Assembly: GCA_965232515.1 (NCBI GenBank)
Contig: CBDDPY010000002.1
Location: 1,504,001 to 1,568,000 of the forward strand
Direction of reading: 5' to 3'
Length of the DNA stretch: 64,000 nucleotides
From: Alphaproteobacteria bacterium
Lineage (GTDB): Bacteria; Pseudomonadota; Alphaproteobacteria; GCA-2731375
How positions within the stretch are numbered: position 1 is the first letter of the stretch; each line of letters starts with the position of its first letter. Made by a program: the position numbers and the translations under genes. Below are positions 30,468 to 40,827 of this stretch, one piece after another. The notes under the pieces were generated by a model. The model saw only the letters and a list, made by a program, of their open reading frames with translations, did no database searches and had not been told where the DNA came from.

Positions 30468-31481
30468 TTGACGGTGTCATCGGCCGACCCTATCCCATCG
30501 TCTCATTTCGATGCTTTGACCCTGGAGCCGCGGGTCCGGGCGGAAGCCTGGCGCGAGTTTTCGAAGGAGCTCGTCGATATCTCGCCGTTGCGTCAGCCCA
30601 AGCGCGACATCCGGTTCTCCTGGGATGCGTGGCACATCGAGGACGTTTTCGCTTACGGGTTTGTCGACGATTGTCTGATCGGCAAGCGGACAAAGAAACA
30701 TACCAGCCGGTCGCAGGGCTATCTCAGCATCAGGGTCTATAAGAACGGGCGCTCGCGCGGCCTGCTGGGCGATCAGATCTGCCACACGAGCGCCGGCAAC
30801 ATTCATGTGATGGACTTCTCGCTGGAACGTTACGGCGTCGACATCGACAACGTGGTCGACGGCGTTTACGTGCCTCAGGAAGCCGTCGGCTACGATCCGC
30901 GCCGCCACCCCGCTAGCTTCAATATCCCGGTGGACACGCCGCTCGGGCGGACGTTGAGCTTCGCCATCCAATCGCTGTTGCAGGATCTGCCGGACCTGCG
31001 CTGGCGCCATGCACACGATGTCAAGGCGCGTGTTCTTGCCCTTCTGCGGGCCGTCTTTGCGAATACCAGCGTGGATGACGAAGCGCGCGCCGCCTTTGCG
31101 GACGCCAGGCTTGGCGCCATGCGCCAGTTTGTCGACGGGCACCTGTCGGACGCGGACCTGGGCGTCGACCGCCTGTGCCGGGCCTTCAACGTCTCTCGGT
31201 CGACTCTGTTCCGGATCTTCGCCGACCTGGGGGGCGTGGAAGCCTATATCCGCGAACGTCGTACGGACTATGCCTTCCGGGATCTTCTGTATACAGAACC
31301 CGCGCGCGGCGCGGTCGGCAAGATCGCCGAGGCCTGGTGTTTCCACAGCGCAAGCCATTTTCACCGCCAGTTCCGCGCGCAATACGGCGCGCAGCCGAGC
31401 GAACTCCTGGGCGGTGCGGCGGCCGGCGCGGAACTTACGAGAGGCGATCAGGCCGGCCCGTCGTGGTATCTGGCCGAATAA
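30468..31481 (+). CDS. AraC-family regulator 1
   Basis: GYDPRRHP; LCRAFNVSRSTLFRIF; IAEAWCFHSASHFHRQFR. Confidence 0.85.
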   Translation: MTVSSADPIPSSHFDALTLEPRVRAEAWREFSKELVDISPLRQPKRDIRFSWDAWHIEDVFAYGFVDDCLIGKRTKKHTSRSQGYLSIRVYKNGRSRGLLGDQICHTSAGNIHVMDFSLERYGVDIDNVVDGVYVPQEAVGYDPRRHPASFNIPVDTPLGRTLSFAIQSLLQDLPDLRWRHAHDVKARVLALLRAVFANTSVDDEARAAFADARLGAMRQFVDGHLSDADLGVDRLCRAFNVSRSTLFRIFADLGGVEAYIRERRTDYAFRDLLYTEPARGAVGKIAEAWCFHSASHFHRQFRAQYGAQPSELLGGAAAGAELTRGDQAGPSWYLAE

Positions 31482-31549
31482 ACGCGATTGCGAGATCCGC
31501 GCCCGCTATGCGCCATCGGGATTCAGGATTCGATTGAGGCGTGAGGACG

Positions 31550-32584
31550 ATGGACGACCCGACGCTGATCGACAAGTTGAGCATCAATCTCGCCGGCGCC
31601 GAGCCGGCGCAGCGTGCCGACCTGTGGGCGGACGCGGTGCGCCCCCTTTACGATGTTTCGCCACTCGGCGGCACGGCGGAGAACCATTTGACCCGGGCGA
31701 CGGCTTGGCTCCTGGACTCGCTCGTCCTGATCAATGCGGCATTCGGCGGTCAGCTGGTCCATCGGCGTCAGCGGCATTTGAAGGCCGACGTCGCGGATTC
31801 CGTGGTGCTGGAAATCTATCTGTCCGGCGCCGTGCAGCGCGATCTGGCCGGCGAGCCGGTCTCCATCCGGCCGGGCGATATCAACGTCATGGACTACAGC
31901 CGTGAATACCAGGGCCGCTCGACGCCGGCGGAACTGGTCAATCTCCTGGTCTCTCACGACCTCATCGGCTACGACCCCAGCCGTCATCCGGGCTCGATGC
32001 GGATCCCCGGGGACAGCGCTGTCGGACAGGTTCTCGGCAACACGCTGCAAAATACCTTCCGGCAGCTCGACCGCGTCACCAAGGCCGAGGCGCCTTGCAT
32101 CGCCCGGGGGCTGACCGCGCTTCTGCGCAGCGTGTTGATCGAGGATGCCGCCAAGGCCCAGTCGTCTCCGGCCTTCGCCAGCGCCCGCAGCCAGGCCATT
32201 CGCGCTTACATCGAACGGCATCTGCGCGACGAAACGCTCGGCGCCGACACGATCTGCGCGCAGTTCAACATCTCCCGCGCGACCCTCTACCGCAACCTGA
32301 AGGCGGAGGGCGGGCTTGAGCGCTATGTCGTCGCCCGACGACTCGAAGCGGCCCTCATGTCTCTCGCCTTCGGGCCGGCGGAGCGTGGTGCGGTCGTCCG
32401 TGCGGCGGAGCATTGGCGTTTCGCCTCCACCACCCATTTCAGCCGGGAATTCCGCCGCCGGTTCGGCTTCGCGCCGAGCGATGTCGTCCACCAGGGACAG
32501 CGCGCGAACGTCGACGAACCGGGCGGCACGCACCAGCAACGCGAACGGCACATCAACATCCTGCCCTTCCTACGGCGTCTTTGA
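31550..32584 (+). CDS. AraC-family regulator 2
   Basis: GYDPSRHP; ICAQFNISRATLYR; HFSREFRRRFGFAPS. Confidence 0.87.
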   Translation: MDDPTLIDKLSINLAGAEPAQRADLWADAVRPLYDVSPLGGTAENHLTRATAWLLDSLVLINAAFGGQLVHRRQRHLKADVADSVVLEIYLSGAVQRDLAGEPVSIRPGDINVMDYSREYQGRSTPAELVNLLVSHDLIGYDPSRHPGSMRIPGDSAVGQVLGNTLQNTFRQLDRVTKAEAPCIARGLTALLRSVLIEDAAKAQSSPAFASARSQAIRAYIERHLRDETLGADTICAQFNISRATLYRNLKAEGGLERYVVARRLEAALMSLAFGPAERGAVVRAAEHWRFASTTHFSREFRRRFGFAPSDVVHQGQRANVDEPGGTHQQRERHINILPFLRRL

Positions 32585-32610
32585 GACGGTCAGACCACAA
32601 AGTCGCGACG
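32582..32610 (+). promoter_or_regulatory. Candidate AraC tandem operator
   Basis: TGAGACG-N15-CGCGACG (22-bp period), the same architecture as 38675-38703, upstream of a PEP-CTERM gene. Confidence 0.5.
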
Positions 32611-32713
32611 CCTGGATCACGACATCACGGGGCCGTTTCGCCAGGATAGCCTGACGTTCCGACCGCTTTGGCGCCCGCCTGCCAGCGGCTCGTTTTGTTT
32701 GAAGGATCCAGGC

Positions 32714-33262
32714 ATGATCAAAACGATACTCGCCTCCTGCGCCGCCGCCGCCATCGCATTTGGCGCCACCGCCGCCGCCGCGATGCCCCTGGCGTTCGAT
32801 TTCACCATCGACCTGACGGCAGGGCCCGACGGCACGGGGAGCTTCACGATCGACGGCGCGGAGCTGACGGGCAGCGGTCTTGAGATATTCGCGCCGAATA
32901 GCGGCAGCAACACCCTTTTTTCGTTCACCGCAATGGTCGGCGGCCTGACATACACGGCAGCCGACGATCCGAGCTTCGACGAGTTTCCGCAAGTCAGCTT
33001 CCAGGATGGCGTCGTCACCAGCATCAGCTACGCCGGTGAAATCGGCAATCAGTGCCTGAGCATCGGCGCGGGCGCTGGCCTCGGCGTTTTCTTCGGCGAC
33101 CTCTCCGGTTCACCTCTGGAATGCGCCGAACCTGGGTTCTCGTCCGGCGAGATCACCAACATCACCACGGACACGGCCAGTCCGGTTCCAGCGCCCGCGA
33201 CGGCACTGTTGTTCGCGACCGGGATCGGTGTTCTGGGGCTTTGGCGCCGTCGCCGCGCATGA
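32714..33262 (+). CDS. PEP-CTERM-type (VPAP) surface protein
   Basis: Signal peptide; C-terminus VPAPATALLFATGIGVLGLWRRRRA. Confidence 0.85.
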   Translation: MIKTILASCAAAAIAFGATAAAAMPLAFDFTIDLTAGPDGTGSFTIDGAELTGSGLEIFAPNSGSNTLFSFTAMVGGLTYTAADDPSFDEFPQVSFQDGVVTSISYAGEIGNQCLSIGAGAGLGVFFGDLSGSPLECAEPGFSSGEITNITTDTASPVPAPATALLFATGIGVLGLWRRRRA

Positions 33263-33546
33263 CGCTCGTGCGCGGGCTTCCTGTTTGCAACACCGTTTCA
33301 ACGCGTCGGCGAAGCGCAAGATCAACGGTTGACGTGCCTTTGTATCGCCGATGACGACCTGAAACTTGATTTTGCAGATGGTCCCACTCGCGCTGCCGGT
33401 CTTCCACGGCACGGATCCGACCGCGGCGCTGTTTGCCTTGAAGGGAAAGGCGCCGGACGGCTCGGTCTTTGGAGTTGGTTCGATCACCGACCGACTTGAT
33501 CGGAAACCGAGATCATCCGGGGATGTCAGTTCTGGGAGATGTAACG

Positions 33547-34167
33547 ATGAGGTTGATGAGCTTAGGTGCAGCCGTGGTCGCGGCTGGAATTGCAACCTTC
33601 GGTCCGCCGATCATAACCGCCAATGCCGCCGTTATCGTCACGGTGCAGGAAGTCGGTCAAAACGTGGTTTTCGAATCCACCGGCTCACTGGACATAGCCG
33701 GCCTCACGCCGATTGAACAGCAAAACACCTTCGGCTTGGTACGGGGCACGGAATTGTTTGTCTTTGGGACGCCCGGCGTTGACACTACAGTAGATGCTTA
33801 CTTAGCAACGTCCGTTCCGACAAATTTTGGCGGATCCGAGATATCCGCCCCGGACTCGTTCGTCGCGACCAGTCCTCCCGACAGCGCCTTCGGCGCCCTG
33901 ATCGGCCCTCCAGTCATTCGCCTGCCCTTGGGTTACACGTCGGGAACGCCGTTGATCTTCGAAATGGCGTTCATTGACGAGAGCTTCATGAGTATGGAGC
34001 TTACCCCAGGCACGTATGTCTGGACGTTGGAGAATGACGATACCGTCACCCTGCAAATCGGCGGCCCGGCCGAGGTGACGGCGCCGCCGACGTTGTCGAT
34101 GCTTGGGGCGGCCGTTGTCGGCCTGGGGCTGGTTGCCAGGCGCCGGCGCAAGGCCCGATCCCGCTAG
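33547..34167 (+). CDS. PEP-CTERM-like surface protein
   Basis: Signal peptide; VTVQEVGQNVVF..GSLD; TPGTYVW; C-terminus VTAPPTLSMLGAAVVGLGLVARRRRK. Confidence 0.82.
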   Translation: MRLMSLGAAVVAAGIATFGPPIITANAAVIVTVQEVGQNVVFESTGSLDIAGLTPIEQQNTFGLVRGTELFVFGTPGVDTTVDAYLATSVPTNFGGSEISAPDSFVATSPPDSAFGALIGPPVIRLPLGYTSGTPLIFEMAFIDESFMSMELTPGTYVWTLENDDTVTLQIGGPAEVTAPPTLSMLGAAVVGLGLVARRRRKARSR

Positions 34168-34171
34168 GACG

Positions 34172-34276
34172 ACGGCGACAGTTTACGAAATCGCTTTTTC
34201 GACACGCGTTCTGGCCGCGCTCCCCGCGCCATTTTGGAGAATTTGCAAACCATCACCGGTACTAAACTGTCACCGT
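34172..34276. repeat. TIR element, full copy (105 bp, reversed interior)
   Basis: ACGGCGACAGTTTAC...CTAAACTGTCACCGT. Confidence 0.75.
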
Positions 34277-34328
34277 TATTGGGTCGAACGCGCCTGCCCG
34301 TGCGGATGAGTTACTAATGGAGTAAACG

Positions 34329-34616
34329 ATGTTCATCAGAGCCATTGCGGCATTGGCACTGGCGATTGGCTTGCCGGCAGCGGCGCAATCCGCGCCAATC
34401 CTGGATTTCTCCGGATTTGAGGTCTCGCTTTCGACAAGCGCGACAAGCGTTTTTGGTAGCCCGACGACCCTTGCGTCCGTTGCGCCGGCCTCGGATACGG
34501 CAACGATTGGCGCCGGCGACGAATTCCAGGTCGAGGTGACGCTGGGCAGCGGAACAGGCCTCTTAAGCATCGACTTTGGTCCGTCCGACGCCGCCGTGTC
34601 GGCCCCTAAAACATGA
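34329..34616 (+). pseudogene. Family A copy 2 with large internal deletion (sorting signal lost)
   Basis: First ~86 codons are near-identical to the 30154 gene, then the sequence jumps to that gene's last ~25 nt (cgccgccg..tcggcccct). Confidence 0.8.
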
Positions 34617-34674
34617 CATGGGCAGGACGTTTGTACCGCTGCCTGCGTCGCACAAATTGAGAAAGAAACCACCC

Positions 34675-35271
34675 ATGGCATCCAGAATTCTTGCCGTCCT
34701 TGCGCTCACTCTTGGCCTCTTACACCCGGTGACGGCCAAAGCGATTACCTATACCGCCTTTTCCAACACAAGCGGCATCGCCTGCCAGACCGGATGCGTT
34801 GCAAGTGCAACGATGGAGGGCTTTTTTACGATTGCGGACATTGGAACCATTTCTTCTCCCGCGCAGATCCTCGATTACAGCCTGACACTCGACAACCGAA
34901 ATGTACCCCCTCCCTTCAGTTTCTTGACAACGCTAACCCCGGCAAACTCGACGATCGATATTCGCGGCGACTACGCATTGACCGCCACCGGTACGGAGCT
35001 TTTCATGAGCTTCGGCAATAGCGGGCGCTTTGTCATTGTCGCCAGCAACCTCTCCTTTCGATGGGAATTTCGCAGCATTGCCGGTGGCTCACCAATCCAC
35101 AGGATCGGTGACATCCATTCGTTTAACTATGCGCCGGGCACAAATGTGCTGGCCGGGATCGCATCACCGCCAACGTCCATTCCTCTGCCCGCCTCTATCT
35201 CGTTCTTCGCCACCGGTCTCGGCGCACTGGGCGCTTTCGCCTTCGCGAAGCGCGGGCGCAGGACCACGTGA
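34675..35271 (+). CDS. VPLPA-CTERM surface protein, family B copy 2
   Basis: Same framework as B1 with different loops; IPLPASISFFATGLG. Confidence 0.85.
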   Translation: MASRILAVLALTLGLLHPVTAKAITYTAFSNTSGIACQTGCVASATMEGFFTIADIGTISSPAQILDYSLTLDNRNVPPPFSFLTTLTPANSTIDIRGDYALTATGTELFMSFGNSGRFVIVASNLSFRWEFRSIAGGSPIHRIGDIHSFNYAPGTNVLAGIASPPTSIPLPASISFFATGLGALGAFAFAKRGRRTT

Positions 35272-35308
35272 CGCGCCGCGCCGCCCGGATACCGAAAGGC
35301 CCAATGGA

Positions 35309-35339
35309 ATTATGGTGACAGTTTGTTGAACTCCTAAAC
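35309..35339 (+). repeat. Degenerate left half of the TIR element before a family C gene
   Basis: ATTATGGTGACAGTTTGTTGAACTCCTAAAC. Confidence 0.7.
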
Positions 35340-35351
35340 AGTGAGAGCAAT

Positions 35352-35942
35352 ATGTTTCGACGACTGACGAAGGCGATGCTCGGCCTGGCCCTGCTGGCCA
35401 CGGCCAGCTACGCCGCGCCCGCAAAGGCGGCGCCGATCACCTTGCTGCTGACCTATGCCGAGTCCGGGGGCGGCACCATGACCGGAAGCGGCAGCGTCAC
35501 CTTCGACGACAGCCTGCTGGCGCCCGGCCTGATCACCATCGAAGCACCGCCCACGAGCCTCGACGCATTTTCGCTCATCCTGTTCGATCCCGTATTCCCG
35601 GGCGGATCGACGTCATTTGCGCTCGCCGATCTGTCGGAATGGCTTCTTTTGCCCGGCCCAACCGGCCGCGCCGAAGACATCTTCGACATTAACTTCTTCA
35701 TGAATACGGCCAATAGCGACGGATTCAGTTTCTCCGGCCTGGACCCAAACCTTATTGAGGTCTGTGACGGCTCGGCGGCTGGCAACCCCGATCCCGGGTG
35801 TAGCAGCCTCGGTTCAACGCCTCTGGCCGCACTCGAATTGCGCGACATCGCGGTCGCCGTGCCCCAGCCCGCCACCATCACCCTCCTCGGCGCTGGCCTC
35901 CTCGCCCTCGGCTGGGCCCGCCGCCGCGCCGCGTTGCGGTGA
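35352..35942 (+). CDS. PEP-CTERM-type (VPQP) surface protein, family C copy 2
   Basis: Leader nearly identical to C1 up to AKAAPIT, unrelated passenger domain, C-terminus VPQPATITLLGAGLLALGWARRR. Stop codon lies inside the following TIR. Confidence 0.85.
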   Translation: MFRRLTKAMLGLALLATASYAAPAKAAPITLLLTYAESGGGTMTGSGSVTFDDSLLAPGLITIEAPPTSLDAFSLILFDPVFPGGSTSFALADLSEWLLLPGPTGRAEDIFDINFFMNTANSDGFSFSGLDPNLIEVCDGSAAGNPDPGCSSLGSTPLAALELRDIAVAVPQPATITLLGAGLLALGWARRRAALR

Positions 35943-36025
35943 CAGTTTACTCGATCCCCAAATGATAATGGAGGCGCAACCGAAGTCGGTTTTTGAGAAA
36001 GGAATTCAGTAAACCGTCACTGTAA
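35934..36025. repeat. TIR element, full copy (92 bp)
   Basis: TTGCGGTGACAGTTTAC...GTAAACCGTCACTGTAA; internal CCCCAAAT..GGCGCAACCGAAGTCGG. Confidence 0.85.
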
Positions 36026-36115
36026 CTCCCGAGACCGGAAGGCTAAGACACCGCCGGCCTTGCCGACCTTCAGATCGGCCAAGCGTCCGGGTTCGACGCA
36101 TCTGGATCATGCCTT

Positions 36116-36258
36116 GCAGCCGGGACAGCTTTCCTGAAGGTCGGCCCCAACCTCGCAATGCGCACCGTCCTCACCGGCCCCGAGGCCGCCCGGCACGCCT
36201 ACCGTACGCTGGTCGACGGCGACGTCGACCAGAACGAGGCGCTGGTGCTGACGTCTTA
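36116..36258 (+). pseudogene. Decayed copy of the DUF2855 gene 3' end
   Basis: Aligns to 23131-23275 (ttcctgaag..cccaacctcgc..ctcaccggccccga..gcctaccg..gaacgaggcgctggtgct). Confidence 0.8.
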
Positions 36259-36319
36259 GGGATAGTCAGGCCGCGGTCGGCAACTGCCGAAGCATTGGCC
36301 CTATCGAAAATCCGCATCA

Positions 36320-36590
<271 letters not shown>

Positions 36591-36651
36591 AAGAACGACT
36601 TAGGCGCCGCGTCTCCGGGTATTTTCAGGCGAGAGTTTCCGATGTATTCCC

Positions 36652-37140
36652 GTGAAGGAAACGAAGGCAAGGCTCAATTGTGGCGAAGCACTCGGCTTGG
36701 GAGACGAAACTTTGAACGCACTTGATAGGGTCCTCCCCAAGGGACTTCTGGTCGTGTCCGCGGGCCTGCTGTGCTGGGGGCTGCTGGGATTGTTGGAATA
36801 CGCGTTCCCAGAGTTGGATCTGGGTCTTCAAAACGGTGATTTTCCGCCCGGCCTTCAGTTTTTGCACTTCTTTGCACTTGTACTGACGGGATCGATCTTC
36901 TTTTTCGGCTACCTTTGGCGGTGGCCCCATACGCCTTACGCGACAATCACGATGTACGCCGTGCTGGCCGCCATCTGCTTTATCGAGACCATAGATTTCG
37001 GTGCATTCGGAGGCGGAACGACCGGCGTCATGATCATGCTTTGCGAGTTCGCCCTTTATGTCGGACTATCGACTTATCTGCTTCGATCAAACGGCGTCCA
37101 TAGTCATTTCAGCCGGGCCGGGCAAAAGCATGCCGTCTAG
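36652..37140 (+). CDS. Hypothetical four-helix membrane protein
   Basis: Four hydrophobic segments; start uncertain. Confidence 0.7.
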   Translation: MKETKARLNCGEALGLGDETLNALDRVLPKGLLVVSAGLLCWGLLGLLEYAFPELDLGLQNGDFPPGLQFLHFFALVLTGSIFFFGYLWRWPHTPYATITMYAVLAAICFIETIDFGAFGGGTTGVMIMLCEFALYVGLSTYLLRSNGVHSHFSRAGQKHAV

Positions 37141-37254
37141 ACGGTTGGGAATGCCCGAAAGGGGCTCTTTCCGGTCATTGCGGGTTCCGCTACCAACGGC
37201 CGCTTTTTGACCGAACCGTCACATTCAGGCGCTGTCATATATTGGATTGGCGCT

Positions 37255-37410
37255 TTATGAAGCTGCTTGGAAAAGGCCATGCTGCTGTCGACGGTTGCGC
37301 TCCCCCGCAACCAATTTTATAGATTCTTCAGTGAAGCCCTCCCGATCGGAGGGCTTCGCCTTTTGCGCCGCCGGCGAAAGAATGCCCGCCAGCTTGCCTT
37401 CCCGTACGTC
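37255..37410 (-). pseudogene. C-terminal remnant of a large serine recombinase, with att-like palindrome
   Basis: EGKLAGILS..AQKAKPSDREGFTEESIKLVAGERNRR resembles the G(D/E)LAGIL...KLVAG(A)RN tail of alphaproteobacterial recombinase-family proteins. Palindrome GGTTGCG-CTCCCC-CGCAACC at 37293-37312. Confidence 0.6.
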
Positions 37411-37528
37411 GCGGCGCCTTCCCAACGGCCCCGACCGGGCATCACGCGCTTGCGGAGCTAACCAGCCGCAGACGGTGCTCAAGCTTGTCAGGCCACCGGC
37501 TCGGATACAGTATGGTACCCGTCTGACC

Positions 37529-38575
37529 ATGCGCTACGACATCGACACATATCACGACCATGCCCGCGCGTTCTTTGGGGTCAAGCTACTCACGCCCAGA
37601 GAGGAGTTCCAGGCAGACGTTACATTTCTGCTGCACGACAATCTGATCGCGACGGACGTCAAGTTCTCCAACCAAATAATGGATCGGAATCCACAGCGGA
37701 TCACCGAATTCGACACAGAGTATGTCCTGCTCGAGACGTATTCGCGCGGGCACACGCGCGGTCTCTCGGACGGGCAACACACGACACTCGTCAACCCCGG
37801 CATCGTCCACCTGATAGACTGGTCGCGGAGCTATGTCGGTATGACCAATAGCGTCGAGGGCATTGGCGCTCAAATTCCCCATTCGGTACTTGGCTACGAC
37901 CCCTCAAAACATCCCGCTTATCTAGCGCTCCCGATAGAAGCAAGCCGCGGTCGGCTACTGTCCCTCAGCCTGCAGCTATTTGTCGAGGCGTTGCGCCACG
38001 GTCCATCGCGGGACGCGGAGGTGCTCGGAGCGACCCTCGTCGGGCTGGTTCGCACTTGCTTTTTGGGAGAGCGCGACTGGGATCGTGACCCAGCGCAGGA
38101 CAGGTCACGACGCGCCCTGATCGAAGAGCATATCCGGCGCAATCTCGGTCCCGAGGCCCTCGATATCGACCGGGTTTGCCGTGATCTCGGCATGTCGCGG
38201 GCCACCCTCTACCGCACCTTTGGCGGCGGCATCGAACAGTTCGTCAAAAGCGAGCGGCTGAACAAATGTTTCGCTGAACTTGCAAAGGGCAAGAGGGAGG
38301 CCGGCACCGTGCGCCGGGTGGCGGAGCGCTGGGGGTTCTACGATCCAGGCAATTTCCGCCGCAGTTTTCGGGCGTCGTTCGGCATTTCGCCGTCCGATTG
38401 CCTGGACGGCCCGCCGGCGCAGGACGGCCGCGATGTTTCATACGTCGACCACCCGGTCATGCGGATTCTCCGCGATCGCCGGGCAGCGGCCGGAACGCTT
38501 GGTAGCGATGGTCCGTTTCCGACGCCCCCGCCAGACCCGACGCGCCTGAGGCAGGGCGACGCTTCGCCTACCTGA
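37529..38575 (+). CDS. AraC-family regulator 3
   Basis: GYDPSKHP; VCRDLGMSRATLYRTF; VAERWGFYDPGNFRRSFR. Confidence 0.85.
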   Translation: MRYDIDTYHDHARAFFGVKLLTPREEFQADVTFLLHDNLIATDVKFSNQIMDRNPQRITEFDTEYVLLETYSRGHTRGLSDGQHTTLVNPGIVHLIDWSRSYVGMTNSVEGIGAQIPHSVLGYDPSKHPAYLALPIEASRGRLLSLSLQLFVEALRHGPSRDAEVLGATLVGLVRTCFLGERDWDRDPAQDRSRRALIEEHIRRNLGPEALDIDRVCRDLGMSRATLYRTFGGGIEQFVKSERLNKCFAELAKGKREAGTVRRVAERWGFYDPGNFRRSFRASFGISPSDCLDGPPAQDGRDVSYVDHPVMRILRDRRAAAGTLGSDGPFPTPPPDPTRLRQGDASPT

Positions 38576-38674
38576 CCATCCCGCCGGCAAGCGGTGGGAT
38601 TCAGGCCGCGCCTAGCCCGCATTTCTCACCACCACCACGGTCACGCCGACTGACCCCCCTGGGCAGTGTCGGCG

Positions 38675-38703
38675 TGAGACGCAGCGACTACAAACTTGAG
38701 ACG
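38675..38703 (+). promoter_or_regulatory. Candidate AraC tandem operator
   Basis: TGAGACG-N15-TGAGACG, about 90 bp upstream of the RBS/ATG at 38794. Confidence 0.55.
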
Positions 38704-38793
38704 CTCAGCCCTTGGCGAAGGGGTCGCTCTCTCTAGAGTAGACACTGTGCAAAACGCGCGAACGAAGTAGCGAGCCAGCAAGGAGCTACAGAA

Positions 38794-39013
38794 ATGAAAT
38801 CTCTCTTATCTGCGGTAACCGTTGGGTGCAGCCTCGCAACTACATCCTGGAAGTTTCGTGGGCGTGCTGGCCATTGAAGAGGCGCTGGGCCCCATCACGA
38901 TCGCGGCCGACATACGGGAAGTTACCGCTCCGAGCAGCCTCGCGCTGGTTCTTAGCGGCCTTGCCGGACTTGCTCTCGCCCGCCGCCGCATCGGCCCCTG
39001 GAACATGACATGA
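38794..39013 (+). pseudogene. Chimeric remnant: foreign signal-peptide start fused out of frame to family A C-terminus
   Basis: AGGAG + MKSLLSAVTVGCSLATT, then in another frame GSFVGVLAIEEALGPITI..SLALVLSGLAGLALARRRIGPW. Confidence 0.7.
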
Positions 39014-39066
39014 GCAGGTTGTTTGTACCGCGGCTTGCGTCGCACAACTTGAGAAAGAAGCCACCC

Positions 39067-39669
39067 ATGAAATCTAGAACTCTTGCCGTCCTTGCGCTCA
39101 CGCTTGGCCTCTTACACCCGGTTGCGGCCAAAGCGATTATCTATACCGCCTTTTCCAACACAAGCGGCATCGCCTGCCAGACGGGTTGCCCGCGTGCATC
39201 GATGGAGGGGCTTTTTGAAATTGAGGACATAGGGACCATTTCTTCCCCCGCGCAGATCCTCGATTACAGCCTGACACTCGACGCTATCGGCGCGCTCAAC
39301 GGCGTCCCCTTCAATTTCGTCACAACGCTAACCCCGGCAAACTCGACGATCGATATTCGCGGCGACTACGCATTGACCGCCACCGGTACGGAGCTTTTCA
39401 TGAGCTTCGGCAGTGCCGGGCGCTTTACGATTATCGACGACAACAACAGCTCCTTTCGATGGGAATTTCGCAGCATTGCCGGAGAGTCGCCAATCCACAG
39501 GATCGGTGACCTCTCTTCGATCGAATATGCGCCGGGCACAAATGTGCTGGCCGGGGTCGCTTCACCGCCAACATCCATTCCGCTGCCCGCCTCCATCTCG
39601 CTCTTCCTTACCGGTCTCGGCGCACTGGGCGCTTCAGCCTTGGCAAAACGCGTGCGCGGGGCCGCGTGA
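39067..39669 (+). CDS. VPLPA-CTERM surface protein, family B copy 3
   Basis: Framework shared with B1/B2/B4; loops closest to B1. Confidence 0.85.
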   Translation: MKSRTLAVLALTLGLLHPVAAKAIIYTAFSNTSGIACQTGCPRASMEGLFEIEDIGTISSPAQILDYSLTLDAIGALNGVPFNFVTTLTPANSTIDIRGDYALTATGTELFMSFGSAGRFTIIDDNNSSFRWEFRSIAGESPIHRIGDLSSIEYAPGTNVLAGVASPPTSIPLPASISLFLTGLGALGASALAKRVRGAA

Positions 39670-39683
39670 CGCGCCGCGCCGGA

Positions 39684-39790
39684 ATTGCGGTGACAGTTTA
39701 TTCAGTCCCCAAATAGTGAAGGAAGCATGTTTCGACGACTGACGAAGACCATGCTCGGCTGAGCCCGCCGCCGCCGCGTGCGCTGGCGGC
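39684..39790 (+). pseudogene. TIR left half plus collapsed family C gene (leader joined to tail)
   Basis: ATTGCGGTGACAGTTTATTCAGTCCCCAAAT, then MFRRLTKTMLG* with ctcggc joined to tgagcccgccgccgc, as in the C2 3' end. Confidence 0.75.
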
Positions 39791-39900
39791 ACGGCGCAAC
39801 GGAAGACACGCAGTGCCTGCCTGACGGGCGCAGCGAGCTCACACCATAGTCCGCCGTGGGGACGTTTGCGGCTTCACTGAGATCTGTACGAGGAAGAACA

Positions 39901-40025
39901 ATGATCATCCCGTCGAGAGTTGTCACAACGGCTGCCACATTGGCGGCCTCGCGCTGGTTCTTAGCGGCCTTGCCGGACTTGCTCTCGCCCGCCGCTGCCG
40001 CATCGGCCCCTGGAACATGACATGA
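39901..40025 (+). pseudogene. Chimeric remnant: another leader fused to the family A tail
   Basis: GAGGAAG + MIIPSRVVTTAATLA, then out of frame LALVLSGLAGLALARR.RIGPWNMT. Confidence 0.65.
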
Positions 40026-40078
40026 GAACGTTGTTTGTACCGCTGCTTCCGTCCCACAGTTTGAGAAAGAAACCACCC

Positions 40079-40675
40079 ATGGAATCTCGGATTCTTGCCG
40101 TCCTTGCCCTCACGCTTGGCCTCTTACACCCGGTTGCGGCCAAAGCGATTACCTATACCGCCTTTTCCAGCACAAGCGGCGCCGCCTGCCAGATAGGATG
40201 CTTTCCAGACGCAAAGATGGAGGGGTTTTTTACGATTGAGGACATTGGAACCATTTCTTCTGCCGCGCAGATCCTCGATTATGGCCTGACAGTCGACAGC
40301 GGAAGTGCACCGCACCCCTTTCGGTTCTTCACAACGCTAACCCCGGCAAACTCGACGATCAGAATTGCCGGCGACTACGCATTGACCGCCACCGGTACGG
40401 AGCTTTTCATGAGCTTCGGCAGTGGTGGGCGCTTTACCATTACCTCGGACGGCGGCAGTGCCGCTGATTGGGTATTTCGCGCCATTACCGGAGGCCCACC
40501 AGTCCACAGGATCGGTATCTCTGAGGCTAGGTATGCGCCGGGTGCAAATGTGCTAATCGGGATCGCATCACCGCCAACGTCGATTCCGCTGCCCGCCTCC
40601 ATCTCGCTCTTCCTTACCGGTCTCGGCGCACTGGGCGCTTCAGCCTTGGCAAAGCGCGTGCGCGGGACCGCGTGA
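40079..40675 (+). CDS. VPLPA-CTERM surface protein, family B copy 4
   Basis: Most divergent loops of the four; IPLPASISLFLTGLG. Confidence 0.85.
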   Translation: MESRILAVLALTLGLLHPVAAKAITYTAFSSTSGAACQIGCFPDAKMEGFFTIEDIGTISSAAQILDYGLTVDSGSAPHPFRFFTTLTPANSTIRIAGDYALTATGTELFMSFGSGGRFTITSDGGSAADWVFRAITGGPPVHRIGISEARYAPGANVLIGIASPPTSIPLPASISLFLTGLGALGASALAKRVRGTA

Positions 40676-40696
40676 CGCGCCGCGCCGGAGTTACGA

Positions 40697-40786
40697 TTAC
40701 GGTGACAGTTTACTAGATCCCCAAATGTAATAGCGGCGCCACCGAAGTCGGCTTCGGAGGAAGAAACTCGTAAACCGTCAACATAA
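40697..40786. repeat. TIR element, full copy (90 bp)
   Basis: TTACGGTGACAGTTTAC..CCCCAAAT..GGCGCCACCGAAGTCGG..GTAAACCGTCAACATAA. Confidence 0.82.
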
Positions 40787-40827
40787 CGCACCGTAACGCC
40801 AGTGTTTCGAACCCGCCCGGGCCGAAA

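Noticed and set aside
33290-33500. Coding-looking fragment between two PEP-CTERM genes (ORFs 33110-33595 and 33366-33716)
   Set aside because: No credible start or recognisable family. It may be a gene remnant but I cannot support a call.
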